Shown: positions 34,415-43,486, counted from the first letter of the stretch. The stretch is 64,000 nt of DNA from Actinomycetota bacterium (GCA_021325435.1 JAJPHE010000124.1:3921-67920); one strand, 5' to 3'. Translations and numbers: made by a program. Notes: generated from the sequence alone by a model not told the origin.

Positions 34415-36760
34415 CTATCCGGAGGCGGCCGGCACGGCCGGGCGCAGCATGGCTTCGACGACCTCGGGGGCGGCCGGCCGGCACATCAGGTAGCCCTGGG
34501 CCAGGTCGCATCCCCGGGCCGCCAGGAAGGCCCACTGCTCTTCGGTCTCGACGCCTTCGGCCACGACCGTGAGCCCCAGCCCGTGGGCCATGTCGACCAG
34601 GGCCGAGACAATCGGTGACGCCGGACCGGAGGAATCGACGCCCCGCAGGAAGCTGCGGTCGATCTTGAGTGTCTGCACTGGGAACTCGGTGAGGCGTGAG
34701 AGCATCGAGTAGCCGGTGCCGAAGTCGTCGATGGCCAGGCGGACCCCGAGCCGGCGCAGCTCGTCCAGCTGGCCGGCGCTGGTGCCGCTCACTGCCACTC
34801 CCTCGGTTACCTCCAGCTCGATCAGCTCCGGCTCGATACCGGCCTCGGCCAGGGCGGCCGCCACCCGGTCCACCAGCCCGGGATCGGCGAAGTTGCGCCC
34901 GGAGAGGTTGACGGCGACCCGGATGGCGGGCAACCCGGCGTCGCGCCACCGCCGGGCCTGCTGGCAGGCGGTGCGCAGCACCCAGTCGTCGATGGCCGTG
35001 ACCAGCCCGGTCTCCTCGGCCAGCGGTATGAACCGGTCCGGGGTGACGACTCCCCGGTCCGGGTCGGCCCAGCGCACCAGGGCCTCGACGGCCACCACCG
35101 CCCCGGTGGCCATGTCGAGCTGCGGCTGGTACAGGACGGTGAAGTCACCGCGCTCCAGCGCCGCTCGCAGGTCGTTCTCCAGGGCGAGCCGCTCGTGGGC
35201 GACGGCGGCCATCGACGGCGACCAAACCTGGACGTTGTTGCGGCCGGCCGACTTGGCCCGGTACATGGCCGTGTCGGCGTGCTTCAACAGGGCGCTGGGG
35301 GTCCGGCCGGCCTCGGGGTGGACGGCGACGCCGACGCTCGGCGTGATCACCAGCTCCTCGTGGTCGAGGAGGAAGGGGCGCTGGAGGACCTCCAGGATCT
35401 TCTCCGCCACCGATCTCACGTCGTCGACCCCCTGGGCGGCGGTCACCAGAACCGTGAACTCGTCGCCTCCCATGCGGGCGACCGTGTCCGAGGAGCGAAC
35501 CGCCTGCTCGAGGCGCCGGGCCACCTGGACCAGCAGCTGGTTGCCAACCGGATGGCCGAGGCCGTCGTTCACCTTCTTGAAGTCGTCGAGGTCGATGAAC
35601 AGGACGCCCACCTGCTGACCGGCCCGCTCCGCCTGAGCCACGGCGAAGGAGGTCCGGTCCTCGAACAGAACCTGGTTGGGCAGGCCGGTGAGGGTGTCGT
35701 GGAGGGCCTGGTGCTTGATCTGGTCGACGAGGCGGGCGTTCTCGAGGGCGCCGGCGGCCACCGCGATCAGAGCGTCGAGGAGGGTGCCGTCCTGATCGTT
35801 GAACCGCTCGTCGCGCCCGGCGACGACCAGCCACCGCTCGGGCCCGCCGTCTGGTGGCAGGAGTCGGCCGAGCTCATCGGGGCCCGAAGGCGCCGCGCCG
35901 ATCCGGGCGGTGGCCGAGCGTAGGAGGCTGCGCGCCGCGTCGGTGATGGCCGACTCGACGTCGGCCACGGTCATCGAGGCGTGGGCGTCGAGAGCGGCGC
36001 GCAGCAGCCCGTTGACCCGTTCGCGATCGCGCCGGGCCCGCAGGGAACCCCCGAGCACGACCTGGAGCATGGCCAGCGGCGGCACCGCCAGCAGCAGCGA
36101 CCAGGCCGAAGCACTGCTGGCCAGGGCGGTGAGGATGCCGAGAGCGGCGCTTGCCGAGGCGACGAGAGATCGGAAGCCCCGGCTCTCCGCCAGCTGCTTC
36201 ATGATGGGCACCCCGCTGGCCAGCCAGACGATGCCCGAGATGGCCATGGTGTTGACGATGTTGAACACCGCCGTGCCGGCCACCGCGGCACCGACCCGCC
36301 CGGCCACCAATCCGTGCCCGGGGTCCAGACCGTTCAGAACCACCAGGCCGAGGGCGGTGGCCACGAGGGACTGGGCGGTGTTGTACAGCACCCGCGAGGG
36401 CGCCCGGCCGCAGAGGACGTTGCCAGCCAGGATGCCGCCGGCGAAGGCGACGAGCGCCCCGACCGGAGGCAACTGCAGGAACATGAGGATGAGGAAGCCC
36501 TCGTCGAGGTTGAACACCTCGGTGTTGCCTTTGCGCATCAGCGCCATCGGGAACGCCTGCGAGCAGGCGAGGGCCAGGCCGAGACCGAGCACCTGGACCA
36601 GGGGGCCGGTTCCCTGGCGCCAGGCCAACGAGGCGGTGCCGGCGACGCTCAGCCCCCCGAGGGCGGCGGTGACGGCCACCGCCGCCCGTACAGCCGGCGA
36701 CAGCGGCGCCCGCCGGGGGACGCGCCGAACCAATGGCCGCCGACGCCCCGCTCTCGTCAT
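34415..36760 (-). CDS. Membrane-anchored GGDEF-EAL protein (diguanylate cyclase/phosphodiesterase)
   Basis: ORF 34415..36760. About 270-aa multi-helix N-terminus. GGDEF domain (RMGGDEFTVL). EAL domain (VEALVRW, AIDDFGTGYS, LKIDRSF, VAEGVETEEQ). Confidence 0.9.
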   Translation of the reverse strand: MTRAGRRRPLVRRVPRRAPLSPAVRAAVAVTAALGGLSVAGTASLAWRQGTGPLVQVLGLGLALACSQAFPMALMRKGNTEVFNLDEGFLILMFLQLPPVGALVAFAGGILAGNVLCGRAPSRVLYNTAQSLVATALGLVVLNGLDPGHGLVAGRVGAAVAGTAVFNIVNTMAISGIVWLASGVPIMKQLAESRGFRSLVASASAALGILTALASSASAWSLLLAVPPLAMLQVVLGGSLRARRDRERVNGLLRAALDAHASMTVADVESAITDAARSLLRSATARIGAAPSGPDELGRLLPPDGGPERWLVVAGRDERFNDQDGTLLDALIAVAAGALENARLVDQIKHQALHDTLTGLPNQVLFEDRTSFAVAQAERAGQQVGVLFIDLDDFKKVNDGLGHPVGNQLLVQVARRLEQAVRSSDTVARMGGDEFTVLVTAAQGVDDVRSVAEKILEVLQRPFLLDHEELVITPSVGVAVHPEAGRTPSALLKHADTAMYRAKSAGRNNVQVWSPSMAAVAHERLALENDLRAALERGDFTVLYQPQLDMATGAVVAVEALVRWADPDRGVVTPDRFIPLAEETGLVTAIDDWVLRTACQQARRWRDAGLPAIRVAVNLSGRNFADPGLVDRVAAALAEAGIEPELIELEVTEGVAVSGTSAGQLDELRRLGVRLAIDDFGTGYSMLSRLTEFPVQTLKIDRSFLRGVDSSGPASPIVSALVDMAHGLGLTVVAEGVETEEQWAFLAARGCDLAQGYLMCRPAAPEVVEAMLRPAVPAASG

Positions 36761-36763
36761 GAA

Positions 36764-36787
36764 TTCTCGATCGGTACAAATCGAGAA
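36764..36787 (-). promoter_or_regulatory. Perfect 8-bp inverted repeat TTCTCGAT-N8-ATCGAGAA, 4 nt upstream of the GGDEF-EAL start codon
   Basis: Read directly. It occupies the position where a Shine-Dalgarno sequence would be expected. Confidence 0.3.
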
Positions 36788-36880
36788 GCGGATGAGACCC
36801 CTGTGCGCCCGTGGCCGCCAAATGAGCCGATCGGGCCACGCGCGTCACCGTCACCCGCCGGGGCCGGGGAGGCCGACCGC

Positions 36881-36886
36881 TAGGTT
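36881..36886 (+). promoter_or_regulatory. -10-like TAGGTT box 6 nt upstream of GTG 36893 (leaderless-type promoter candidate)
   Basis: TANNNT hexamer, then CAGGAC, then GTG. No Shine-Dalgarno sequence. Confidence 0.35.
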
Positions 36887-36892
36887 CAGGAC

Positions 36893-37573
36893 GTGTCCGC
36901 CTCGCCGCTCCAGCAGCTCGACATGCTGGCCCGGCAGGAGGCCGAGATCGATGCCGGCCTCACCCACCTGGAGATCTACACGCTGCGAGGGTTGCTGACG
37001 ATCCTCTGGCACGGCCCCCGCGACGCCTCCTCCGCCCTGATCGCCTGCGGCGGCGCCATGGGCGGCCTGCTCGGCCCGGGCGCCGGCCTGTACCACCAGC
37101 TGGGCCGGGTGCTGGCCGACGCCGGCATCGCCACCCTGCGGGTCGGCTACCGCCGCCCCAACGACCTCGAGTCCTGCACCCTCGACCTCGGAGCGGCGGC
37201 CGAGCTCGCCTTCCGGGCCGGGGCCCGTCGGGTCGTGACCATGGGTCACTCTTTCGGGGGGGCGGTCGCCGTCCGGGCGGCCGTGGCCATGCCGGACCTC
37301 GTGGCCGGGGTGGTCACCCTGGCCACCCAGTCGGCGGGCTGCGAGGCCGCCGACCGGCTGGCCTGCCCGCTGCTCATGTTCCACGGCGACGCCGACGAGC
37401 TGCTGCCCCCCGCCGCCAGCGAAATGGTCCGGTTCATCGCCGGCCAGGGGGAGCTGGTCATCATCCCCGGTGACGGCCACCTTCTGAACGCCGGCGCCCC
37501 CGACATCCTCGAACGGTTGACCACATGGATCCCCGAGGTCCTTAAGGACCCCGACAGCAAGGAGCGCACATGA
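36893..37573 (+). CDS. Alpha/beta hydrolase (dienelactone-hydrolase-like)
   Basis: ORF 36893..37573 (GTG). Nucleophile elbow MGHSFGG; late DGH (IIPGDGHLL). Confidence 0.7.
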   Translation: MSASPLQQLDMLARQEAEIDAGLTHLEIYTLRGLLTILWHGPRDASSALIACGGAMGGLLGPGAGLYHQLGRVLADAGIATLRVGYRRPNDLESCTLDLGAAAELAFRAGARRVVTMGHSFGGAVAVRAAVAMPDLVAGVVTLATQSAGCEAADRLACPLLMFHGDADELLPPAASEMVRFIAGQGELVIIPGDGHLLNAGAPDILERLTTWIPEVLKDPDSKERT

Positions 37574-38382
37574 GCGAGGACGAGGTCCTCTACGAGGTCG
37601 ACGGCCCCGTCGCCACCATCACCCTCAACCGGCCGGACCGCCTCAACACCATGAACCACACCCTGCTCGAGGCGGCCCTGGCCGCCCTGGAGGAGGCGGC
37701 GGGCGACAACCGGGTCCGGGCGCTCATCCTCACCGGAGCCGGGCGGGCCTTCTGCGCCGGAGGCGACCTGCAGGGGATGGCCGCCGGCGGCGGTTCCCCC
37801 GGACTGGCCGGCGGCGGCCGCTCAGTGGAGACCGACGTCGGCGCCCTCCGCCGCCACATGCGCACCTCCCAGCTGCTGCGAGAGATGCCGAAGCTCACCA
37901 TCGCCGCCATCAACGGGGCCTGTGCCGGCGCCGGCCTGGCCTGGGCCTGCGCGGCCGACGTCCGCTATGCCTCCAACACGGCCGTGTTCAACACCGCCTT
38001 CATGACCGCCGGTCTGTCCGGCGACTTCGGCGGTACCTGGAACCTGCCGCGGATCGTCGGGCCGGCGGTGGCCCGCGAGCTGTACCTGACCGCCGAGAAG
38101 TTCGGGGCCGACGAGGCCGAGCGGATCGGGTTGGTCTCCAAGGTCGTGGCCCCGGACGAGCTGATGGGCGTGGCCCGGGCCAAGGCCGAGCGGGCGGCCG
38201 GCTTCGCCCCCCTCACCTTCGCCGCCATCAAGGCCAACCTCAACGACTCGGCCGATGTGAGCTTCTCCGAGATGCTCGACCGCGAGGCGGCCCGTCACAT
38301 CCGCTGCGGGCGCACCGAGGACGCCCGCGAGGCGGCCGCCGCCTTCCTCGAGAAACGCCAGCCGGTGTTCAAGGGCCGTTAG
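37570..38382 (+). CDS. Enoyl-CoA hydratase/isomerase (crotonase) family
   Basis: ORF 37570..38382; ATG overlaps the upstream stop (ATGA). LNRPDRLNTM, FCAGGDL, and INGACAGAGLAWACAAD. Confidence 0.85.
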   Translation: MSEDEVLYEVDGPVATITLNRPDRLNTMNHTLLEAALAALEEAAGDNRVRALILTGAGRAFCAGGDLQGMAAGGGSPGLAGGGRSVETDVGALRRHMRTSQLLREMPKLTIAAINGACAGAGLAWACAADVRYASNTAVFNTAFMTAGLSGDFGGTWNLPRIVGPAVARELYLTAEKFGADEAERIGLVSKVVAPDELMGVARAKAERAAGFAPLTFAAIKANLNDSADVSFSEMLDREAARHIRCGRTEDAREAAAAFLEKRQPVFKGR

Positions 38383-38401
38383 TCGAGCGGGCGGGGCCGG
38401 C

Positions 38402-39187
38402 TCAGCGCTGGTGGGCCGGGCACCACCACGTCGTGCGCCCGCCCACCACATCGCGTCGTAGGGGGTGGCCGTCGCGCGGGCAGCGCCCTCCGGCCACCCT
38501 CGACTCCATCAGGTCGCCGGTGTGGGAGCCGCCGCGGGCGGACAGATCGCGCAGGGTCGAGACCAGCCGGCTGTGCAGGCGCCTCAGGTCGGCCCGGTCG
38601 AGCGAGCCGGCGGGCCGGCCGGGGGCCAGGGCCGCCCGCCACAGCAGCTCGTCGGCGATGAGGTTACCGACGCCGGCGAGGCGTGACTGGTCCATGATCC
38701 GAGCCTTCAGGGGGGTCGCTGACCCGGCCAGGGCCCGGGCCAGCTCGGCCGGCCCCACCGAGGCCGCGTCCGGCCCGAGGCGCGACTCGTCCGGGTCGAG
38801 CTCCACCCCGCCCAGTCGCCTCGGGTCACTGACCCGCAGTACCCCTCCGCCGGCCAGGCCGACCACCAGCCGGTCCCACCTCGGCTCCGTCCGCGAGCTC
38901 GAATAGATCAACCGGTCGACCCCGGGCCGGTCGTCCACGATCAGCCGCCCGGTCATGCCGAAGCGCAGCCCGAGGACCGGGCCACCCCTGCCGGTGTCGA
39001 GCATGAGCAGCTTCCCCCGCCGGCGGGCGGCGGTGAAGCGCCGGCCGGTCAGCGCCTCCTCCAGCTCGTCGGCGGTGAGACCGCCCTTCAGGAACCAGTC
39101 GTCGGGCGCGCCCACCGAGCGGATCCGGCGGCCGAGAACGCTCTCGGCCAGGACCCGGTAAGCCTCCACCTCGACGAGCTCGGGCAC
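38402..39187 (-). CDS. Fpg/Nei-family DNA glycosylase (formamidopyrimidine-DNA glycosylase / endonuclease VIII)
   Basis: Trimmed from ORF 38402..39268 to GTG 39187, so the mature N-terminus is PELVEVE (the catalytic N-terminal Pro of the family). H2TH region and a C-terminal Cys/His finger (RCPRDGHPL...WWCPAHQ). Confidence 0.8.
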   Translation of the reverse strand: MPELVEVEAYRVLAESVLGRRIRSVGAPDDWFLKGGLTADELEEALTGRRFTAARRRGKLLMLDTGRGGPVLGLRFGMTGRLIVDDRPGVDRLIYSSSRTEPRWDRLVVGLAGGGVLRVSDPRRLGGVELDPDESRLGPDAASVGPAELARALAGSATPLKARIMDQSRLAGVGNLIADELLWRAALAPGRPAGSLDRADLRRLHSRLVSTLRDLSARGGSHTGDLMESRVAGGRCPRDGHPLRRDVVGGRTTWWCPAHQR

Positions 39188-39191
39188 GGCA

Positions 39192-39197
39192 TACAGT
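39192..39197 (+). promoter_or_regulatory. -10-like TACAGT box 6 nt upstream of ATG 39204 (leaderless-type promoter candidate)
   Basis: Only 16 nt separate the divergent start codons at 39187 and 39204. A TANNNT hexamer sits at the canonical distance from the ATG. Confidence 0.35.
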
Positions 39198-39203
39198 CTT
39201 CCC

Positions 39204-40334
39204 ATGCCCCCCGAGAAGCCGCACTGGGCCCACCTCTTCCCGGAGGTCGTCACCTCGGGCCTGTGCACCGGGTGCGCGGCCTGCGTGGTGGCCTGCCCCT
39301 ACGACGTCCTCGGTTACGACGACACCAACGGCCGGTATAAGCCGTTCCACGTCGACGCCGACGGCGGCTTCGACGACTGCACCCACGGCCAGCGGGGCTG
39401 CACCCTCTGCACCCGGGCCTGCCCCCGCTTTCGCGAGTGGGAGACCGAGACCGACACCTTCCTATTCAGCCGGGCCCGCAATGAGGACGAGGTGGCGGGG
39501 ATCAGCAAGGACATCGTCCTGGCCCGGGCCACCGACGCCGAGCTGCACGAGCGGGGCCAGGACGGCGGCCTGGTGTCAGCCATCCTGGTGTGGGCGTTGG
39601 AGAACGACATGATCGACGCCGCCCTCGTCTCCTACCTCGAGGGCGACGGCACATCCTGGAAGGCCGTTCCCGGCGTCGCCCGCACCCGCCAGGACGTGTT
39701 GGCCGCCGCCGGCAGCCGCTACACCTATTCGGCCAACACCTTGGCCTACGGCAAGGCCATCGCCGACGGGGCCGAGCGGCTGGCCATGGTGGGCATGAGC
39801 TGCATGGCGTCGGCGCCCCCGATGATGGCAGCCCGCAAGGCGGGCAAGGTCGCCCGCCGCTTCGCCCTGACCGTCGGCCTGTTGTGCTCGAAGACCTTCG
39901 ACGACGCCATCTTCCCCGAGCTGCTCGAGGCCCGGTACGGCCTCAAGCGCGAGGACATGGTGAAGATGAACATCAAGGGCGTCCTGCAGATCTGGATGCG
40001 CGACGGCTCCTACCACGAGATCCCGCTCAAGGAGTGCCACGAGTGGACCCGTGACGGCTGCAAGGCCTGCCCGGACTTCGCCGCCGAGCACGCCGACATC
40101 TCCACCGGGGGCATCGGGGCCTTCAACGACTGGACCCTCACGATCGTGCGCACCGACCGGGGCCGCGAGCTGATGGACTCGATGCTGGCCGCCGGGGCCA
40201 TCGAGGTCCGCCCGGGCGACGACGACCCCGGGGCCGTGGCCCTCCTGCGCAAGCTTTCGCGGGTGTCACGCCGGCGGTGGCCGGAGACGGCCGTGCCCAC
40301 CCCCGGGCTGGTGCCGGCTCGCCCCGGTGCGTAA
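39204..40334 (+). CDS. Coenzyme F420 hydrogenase/dehydrogenase beta-subunit (FrhB/FdhB) family Fe-S flavoprotein
   Basis: ORF 39204..40334. Two ferredoxin-type clusters (CTGCAACVVACP; CTLCTRACP). FrhB-like body (GQDGGLVSAIL, SRYTYS, VGMSCM, C-terminal CKACPDFAAEHADIS). Confidence 0.7.
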   Translation: MPPEKPHWAHLFPEVVTSGLCTGCAACVVACPYDVLGYDDTNGRYKPFHVDADGGFDDCTHGQRGCTLCTRACPRFREWETETDTFLFSRARNEDEVAGISKDIVLARATDAELHERGQDGGLVSAILVWALENDMIDAALVSYLEGDGTSWKAVPGVARTRQDVLAAAGSRYTYSANTLAYGKAIADGAERLAMVGMSCMASAPPMMAARKAGKVARRFALTVGLLCSKTFDDAIFPELLEARYGLKREDMVKMNIKGVLQIWMRDGSYHEIPLKECHEWTRDGCKACPDFAAEHADISTGGIGAFNDWTLTIVRTDRGRELMDSMLAAGAIEVRPGDDDPGAVALLRKLSRVSRRRWPETAVPTPGLVPARPGA

Positions 40335-40371
40335 TGCTCTGAGGAGCTAGCTCGCCGAAGGGGAGGGTCCC

Positions 40372-41541
40372 ATGCCCGAAGCTGTAATCGTCGCCACCGC
40401 CCGCACGCCGATCGGCCGGGCGTTCAAAGGTTCGTTGGTCGACTACCGGGCCGACGACATGGGCGGCTTCATCATCCAGAAACTGCTGGAGAAGGCGCCC
40501 GCCGTCAGCCCCGGCGACGTCGAGGACGTGATCATGGGCGCCGCCAACCACTCCGGGGAGCAGGGCATGAACATGGCCCGCAACATGGCCTTGCTCGGCG
40601 GGCTGCCCGACACCGTCCCGGGGACGTCGGTGAACCGGTTCTGCGCCTCCTCGCTGCAGTCGATCCGCATGGCCTTCCATGCCATCAAGACCGGTGAGGG
40701 CGACACCTACGTCGCCGGTGGGGTCGAGAGCGTCAGCCGGACCAGCGGCAAGGGGTTCGGGCGCGACGATCTCAACCCCCGCTTCGTCGACGAGTCGCGG
40801 TCGGACTTCGTCAACCACGTGTACATCCCCATGGGCATGACCGCCGAGAACGTGGCCGAGAAGTACAACGTGCCCCGGGCCCGCATGGACGAGTTCGCCA
40901 AGCTCAGCCAGGACCGGGCGGTCGAGGCCCAGAAGAACGGCTTCTTCGACCGCGAGATCACCCCGCTCACCCTTCCGGACGGCCGGGTGGTCGACAAGGA
41001 CGACTGCCCTCGCGCCAACACCACCCTCGAGAAGCTGGCCGAGCTGCCGCCGGCGTTCAAGCCCGAGGGGGGCAAGGTGACCGCCGGAAACGCCTGCCCG
41101 CTCAACGACGGCGCCGCCGCCGTGCTGGTCATGGCGGAGGACAAGGCCCGCAGCCTCGGGCTCACCCCGCTGGCTCGCATCAAGGCCAGCGCCGTTTCCG
41201 GCCTCGCCCCCGAGATCATGGGGGTCGGGCCGATCGAGGCCTGCCGCAAGGTCCTGGCCAAGGCCAACATGACCATCAAGGACATCGACGTCGTCGAGCT
41301 GAACGAGGCGTTCGCCGCCCAGGTCCTCCCGGTGTGTGACGAGGTCGGCATCTCCATCGAGGACCAGCTCAACCCGAACGGCGGCGCCATCGCCCTCGGG
41401 CACCCGTTCGGCATGACCGGTGCCCGCATCATGACCACCCTCATCAACGACCTGCAGACTCTCGACAAGACCTACGGGCTCGAGACGATGTGCGTCGGCG
41501 GGGGTCAGGGCATGGCCATGATCATCGAGCGGCTCTCCTAG
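40372..41541 (+). CDS. Acetyl-CoA C-acyltransferase (thiolase)
   Basis: ORF 40372..41541; GGGGAGGG upstream. Active-site Cys VNRFCASSLQ; NPNGGAIALGHPFG; C-terminal MCVGGGQGMAMIIE. Confidence 0.9.
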   Translation: MPEAVIVATARTPIGRAFKGSLVDYRADDMGGFIIQKLLEKAPAVSPGDVEDVIMGAANHSGEQGMNMARNMALLGGLPDTVPGTSVNRFCASSLQSIRMAFHAIKTGEGDTYVAGGVESVSRTSGKGFGRDDLNPRFVDESRSDFVNHVYIPMGMTAENVAEKYNVPRARMDEFAKLSQDRAVEAQKNGFFDREITPLTLPDGRVVDKDDCPRANTTLEKLAELPPAFKPEGGKVTAGNACPLNDGAAAVLVMAEDKARSLGLTPLARIKASAVSGLAPEIMGVGPIEACRKVLAKANMTIKDIDVVELNEAFAAQVLPVCDEVGISIEDQLNPNGGAIALGHPFGMTGARIMTTLINDLQTLDKTYGLETMCVGGGQGMAMIIERLS

Positions 41542-41561
41542 CCGCTTCCCTGCTTCGTCTG

Positions 41562-41592
41562 CACCGGGCGGCGGGCCACCCGCCGCCCGGTG
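41562..41592. terminator. Perfect 14-bp GC hairpin (CACCGGGCGGCGGG-CCA-CCCGCCGCCCGGTG) between convergent genes
   Basis: Read directly. Lies 21 nt after the thiolase stop and 6 nt after the UDG stop, so it could terminate both transcripts. Confidence 0.55.
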
Positions 41593-41597
41593 CGCGT

Positions 41598-42287
41598 TCA
41601 CCCTCCCGGCGAGGGTTCGCCCAACTGGCGGGCCCGGGCCAGGACGGCGTCCATCATCTCCTCGGTCAGGGTTCCGGTGAAGGTGTTCTGCTGACTGGGG
41701 TGGTAGCAACCGAGCAGGGTGATCCCGCTGGGGGCCGGGGCCTCCGAGCCGTGGCCGAATCGGGGCTTGGGGCGTACGCCGAGCAGCCGGCAGGTCACGT
41801 CGTGGGCGAAGTGTCCGAGCGTCAAGATGACCCGAACGTCGGCCAGCAGTCGCATCTCCCGGGTCAGGTAGGGCACGCAGTTGTCGCGCTCGGCCGGGGT
41901 GGGCTTGTTCGCCGGTGGCGCGCACCGGACGGCGGCGGCCACGTAGGCGCCGGTGAGGCGCAGCCCGTCGTCGGCCGACACCGACGTGGGCTGGTTGGCG
42001 TAGCCGGCCCGCCACAAGGCGGCGAAGAGCCAGTCGCCCGAGCGGTCTCCGGTGAACACCCGCCCGGTGCGGTTCCCGCCGTGGGCGGCGGGCGCCAGAC
42101 CCACCACCAGAAGATGGGCCTTCGGATCGCCGAACCCGGGGACCGGCCGGCCCCAGTACTCCTGGTCGGCGAAGGAGGCCCGGCGGGTGCGGGCCACGTC
42201 CTCGCGCCAAGCCACCAGGCGGGGGCAGCGGCGGCACTCCACGATCTCCGCCGTCACCCGCGAGAGGCTGTCGGTGGTGGACGGCAT
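41598..42287 (-). CDS. Uracil-DNA glycosylase superfamily protein (family 4/5, UdgB-like)
   Basis: Trimmed from ORF 41598..42851 to ATG 42287. Fe-S Cys pattern ECRRCPRL; motif A GLAPAAHGGNRTGR; motif B GCYHPSQQN. Confidence 0.8.
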   Translation of the reverse strand: MPSTTDSLSRVTAEIVECRRCPRLVAWREDVARTRRASFADQEYWGRPVPGFGDPKAHLLVVGLAPAAHGGNRTGRVFTGDRSGDWLFAALWRAGYANQPTSVSADDGLRLTGAYVAAAVRCAPPANKPTPAERDNCVPYLTREMRLLADVRVILTLGHFAHDVTCRLLGVRPKPRFGHGSEAPAPSGITLLGCYHPSQQNTFTGTLTEEMMDAVLARARQLGEPSPGG

Positions 42288-42294
42288 GAGGACG

Positions 42295-42300
42295 AGAGTA
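42295..42300 (-). promoter_or_regulatory. -10-like TACTCT box 7 nt upstream of ATG 42287 (leaderless-type promoter candidate)
   Basis: Plus-strand AGAGTA at 42295-42300. The 42-nt divergent intergenic region has no Shine-Dalgarno sequence for either gene. Confidence 0.3.
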
Positions 42301-42329
42301 CGGGCGGCGCCCACTACCGTTGTTCCGCC

Positions 42330-42977
42330 ATGCCGGCCCGCAAGCCGAAAACCCCACCGGCCGCCCTCGTGCTCCTCGTCCGCCACGGACGTACGCCCAC
42401 CACGGGCACCGTCCTGCCGGGACGGGCCGCCGGCCTCAGCCTGTCGGACGAGGGCCGGGCCCAGGCCGAGGCGGTCGCCGAGCGGCTGGCCTCGCTCGGC
42501 AAGATCGACGCCGTCTACGCCTCTCCGCTCGAGCGCACCCGCCAGACGGCGGCCCCCATCGCCAAGCGGACCGGACATCGGGTGGTGGTGGAGAAGGGTT
42601 TGCTCGAATGCGACTTCGGCGAGTGGACCGGCGGCGACCTCAAGGCGCTTTCGAAGACGCCGGAGTGGAAGGTGGTGCAGCGCTGGCCGAGCGGATTTCG
42701 GTTCCCCGGCGGGGAGTCGTTCCCCGAGATGCAGTCGCGTGTCACCTCCACCCTGGTGCGACTGGCGCGCCTCCACCCAGGCGGTCGGATCGTGGCGGTG
42801 TCCCACGCCGACCCGATCAAAGCGGCGGTGGCCGACGCCCTCGGCACCCACCTGGACCTGTTCCAGCGCATCGTGATCTCGCCGTGTTCGGTGACCGCCA
42901 TCGCCTACGGCGACACTGGCCCGACCGTGCTGGCGGTCAACTCGCTCGGCAACCTGGCGGAGCTCCGTCCCTCGTGA
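42330..42977 (+). CDS. Histidine phosphatase (phosphoglycerate-mutase-like) family protein
   Basis: Trimmed from ORF 41490..42977 to ATG 42330. RHG motif LLVRHGRT; ERTRQT; second His VAVSHADPI. Confidence 0.8.
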   Translation: MPARKPKTPPAALVLLVRHGRTPTTGTVLPGRAAGLSLSDEGRAQAEAVAERLASLGKIDAVYASPLERTRQTAAPIAKRTGHRVVVEKGLLECDFGEWTGGDLKALSKTPEWKVVQRWPSGFRFPGGESFPEMQSRVTSTLVRLARLHPGGRIVAVSHADPIKAAVADALGTHLDLFQRIVISPCSVTAIAYGDTGPTVLAVNSLGNLAELRPS

Positions 42978-43486
42978 GCAACTCCTACGACCTGCCCCGG
43001 GTGGACCACCTGACCGTCGGCACCGTGGGTCCGGTCGGCCAGCGGATCTTCCTCCTGCAGGCCCGCCGCGGCGTGGACTCGGTCACCCTCAAGCTGGAGA
43101 AGCAGCAGGTGGCCGCCCTGTCCGAGTACCTCTCCGACCTGTTGGAGAAGGTCGGTCGTCCCGGCGAGCTGCCCACCGACCTCGAGCTGGAGCTCCCCGC
43201 CGAGCCCGAATGGCCGGTCGGCACCCTGGGCGTCGCCTACGACGAGGAGGAGGACACCGTCATCCTCGTGGCCGAGGAGGCCACCGCCGCCGAGGAGGAG
43301 GCCGAGGCCCCCGACGGCGCCGTGGCCCGGCTGGGGGCGACCCGGGAGCAGGCCGCCGCCCTCGCCATCCGCGGCGTCCAGCTGGTGGAGGCGGGCCGGC
43401 CGTCCTGCCCGCTGTGCGGGTTCCCCCTCGACCCATCCGGTCACGCATGCCCCAGGTCGAACGGCCACCGGCCGCCGACCCCCTGA
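42974..43486 (+). CDS. DUF3090-family protein
   Basis: Trimmed from ORF 42320..43486 to GTG 42974 (GTGA overlap). HLTVGTVGPVGQRIFLLQA..., acidic middle, C-terminal CPLCGFPLDPSGHACPRSNGH. Family recognised from memory. Confidence 0.7.
   Translation: MSNSYDLPRVDHLTVGTVGPVGQRIFLLQARRGVDSVTLKLEKQQVAALSEYLSDLLEKVGRPGELPTDLELELPAEPEWPVGTLGVAYDEEEDTVILVAEEATAAEEEAEAPDGAVARLGATREQAAALAIRGVQLVEAGRPSCPLCGFPLDPSGHACPRSNGHRPPTP

Noticed and set aside
39203-39205. ATG at 39205 (minus strand) as the start of the Fpg/Nei gene (MGRLYAVPELVEVE...).
   Set aside because: Fpg/Nei enzymes use the N-terminal proline exposed after Met removal. Only the GTG at 39187 yields an N-terminal PELVEVE.
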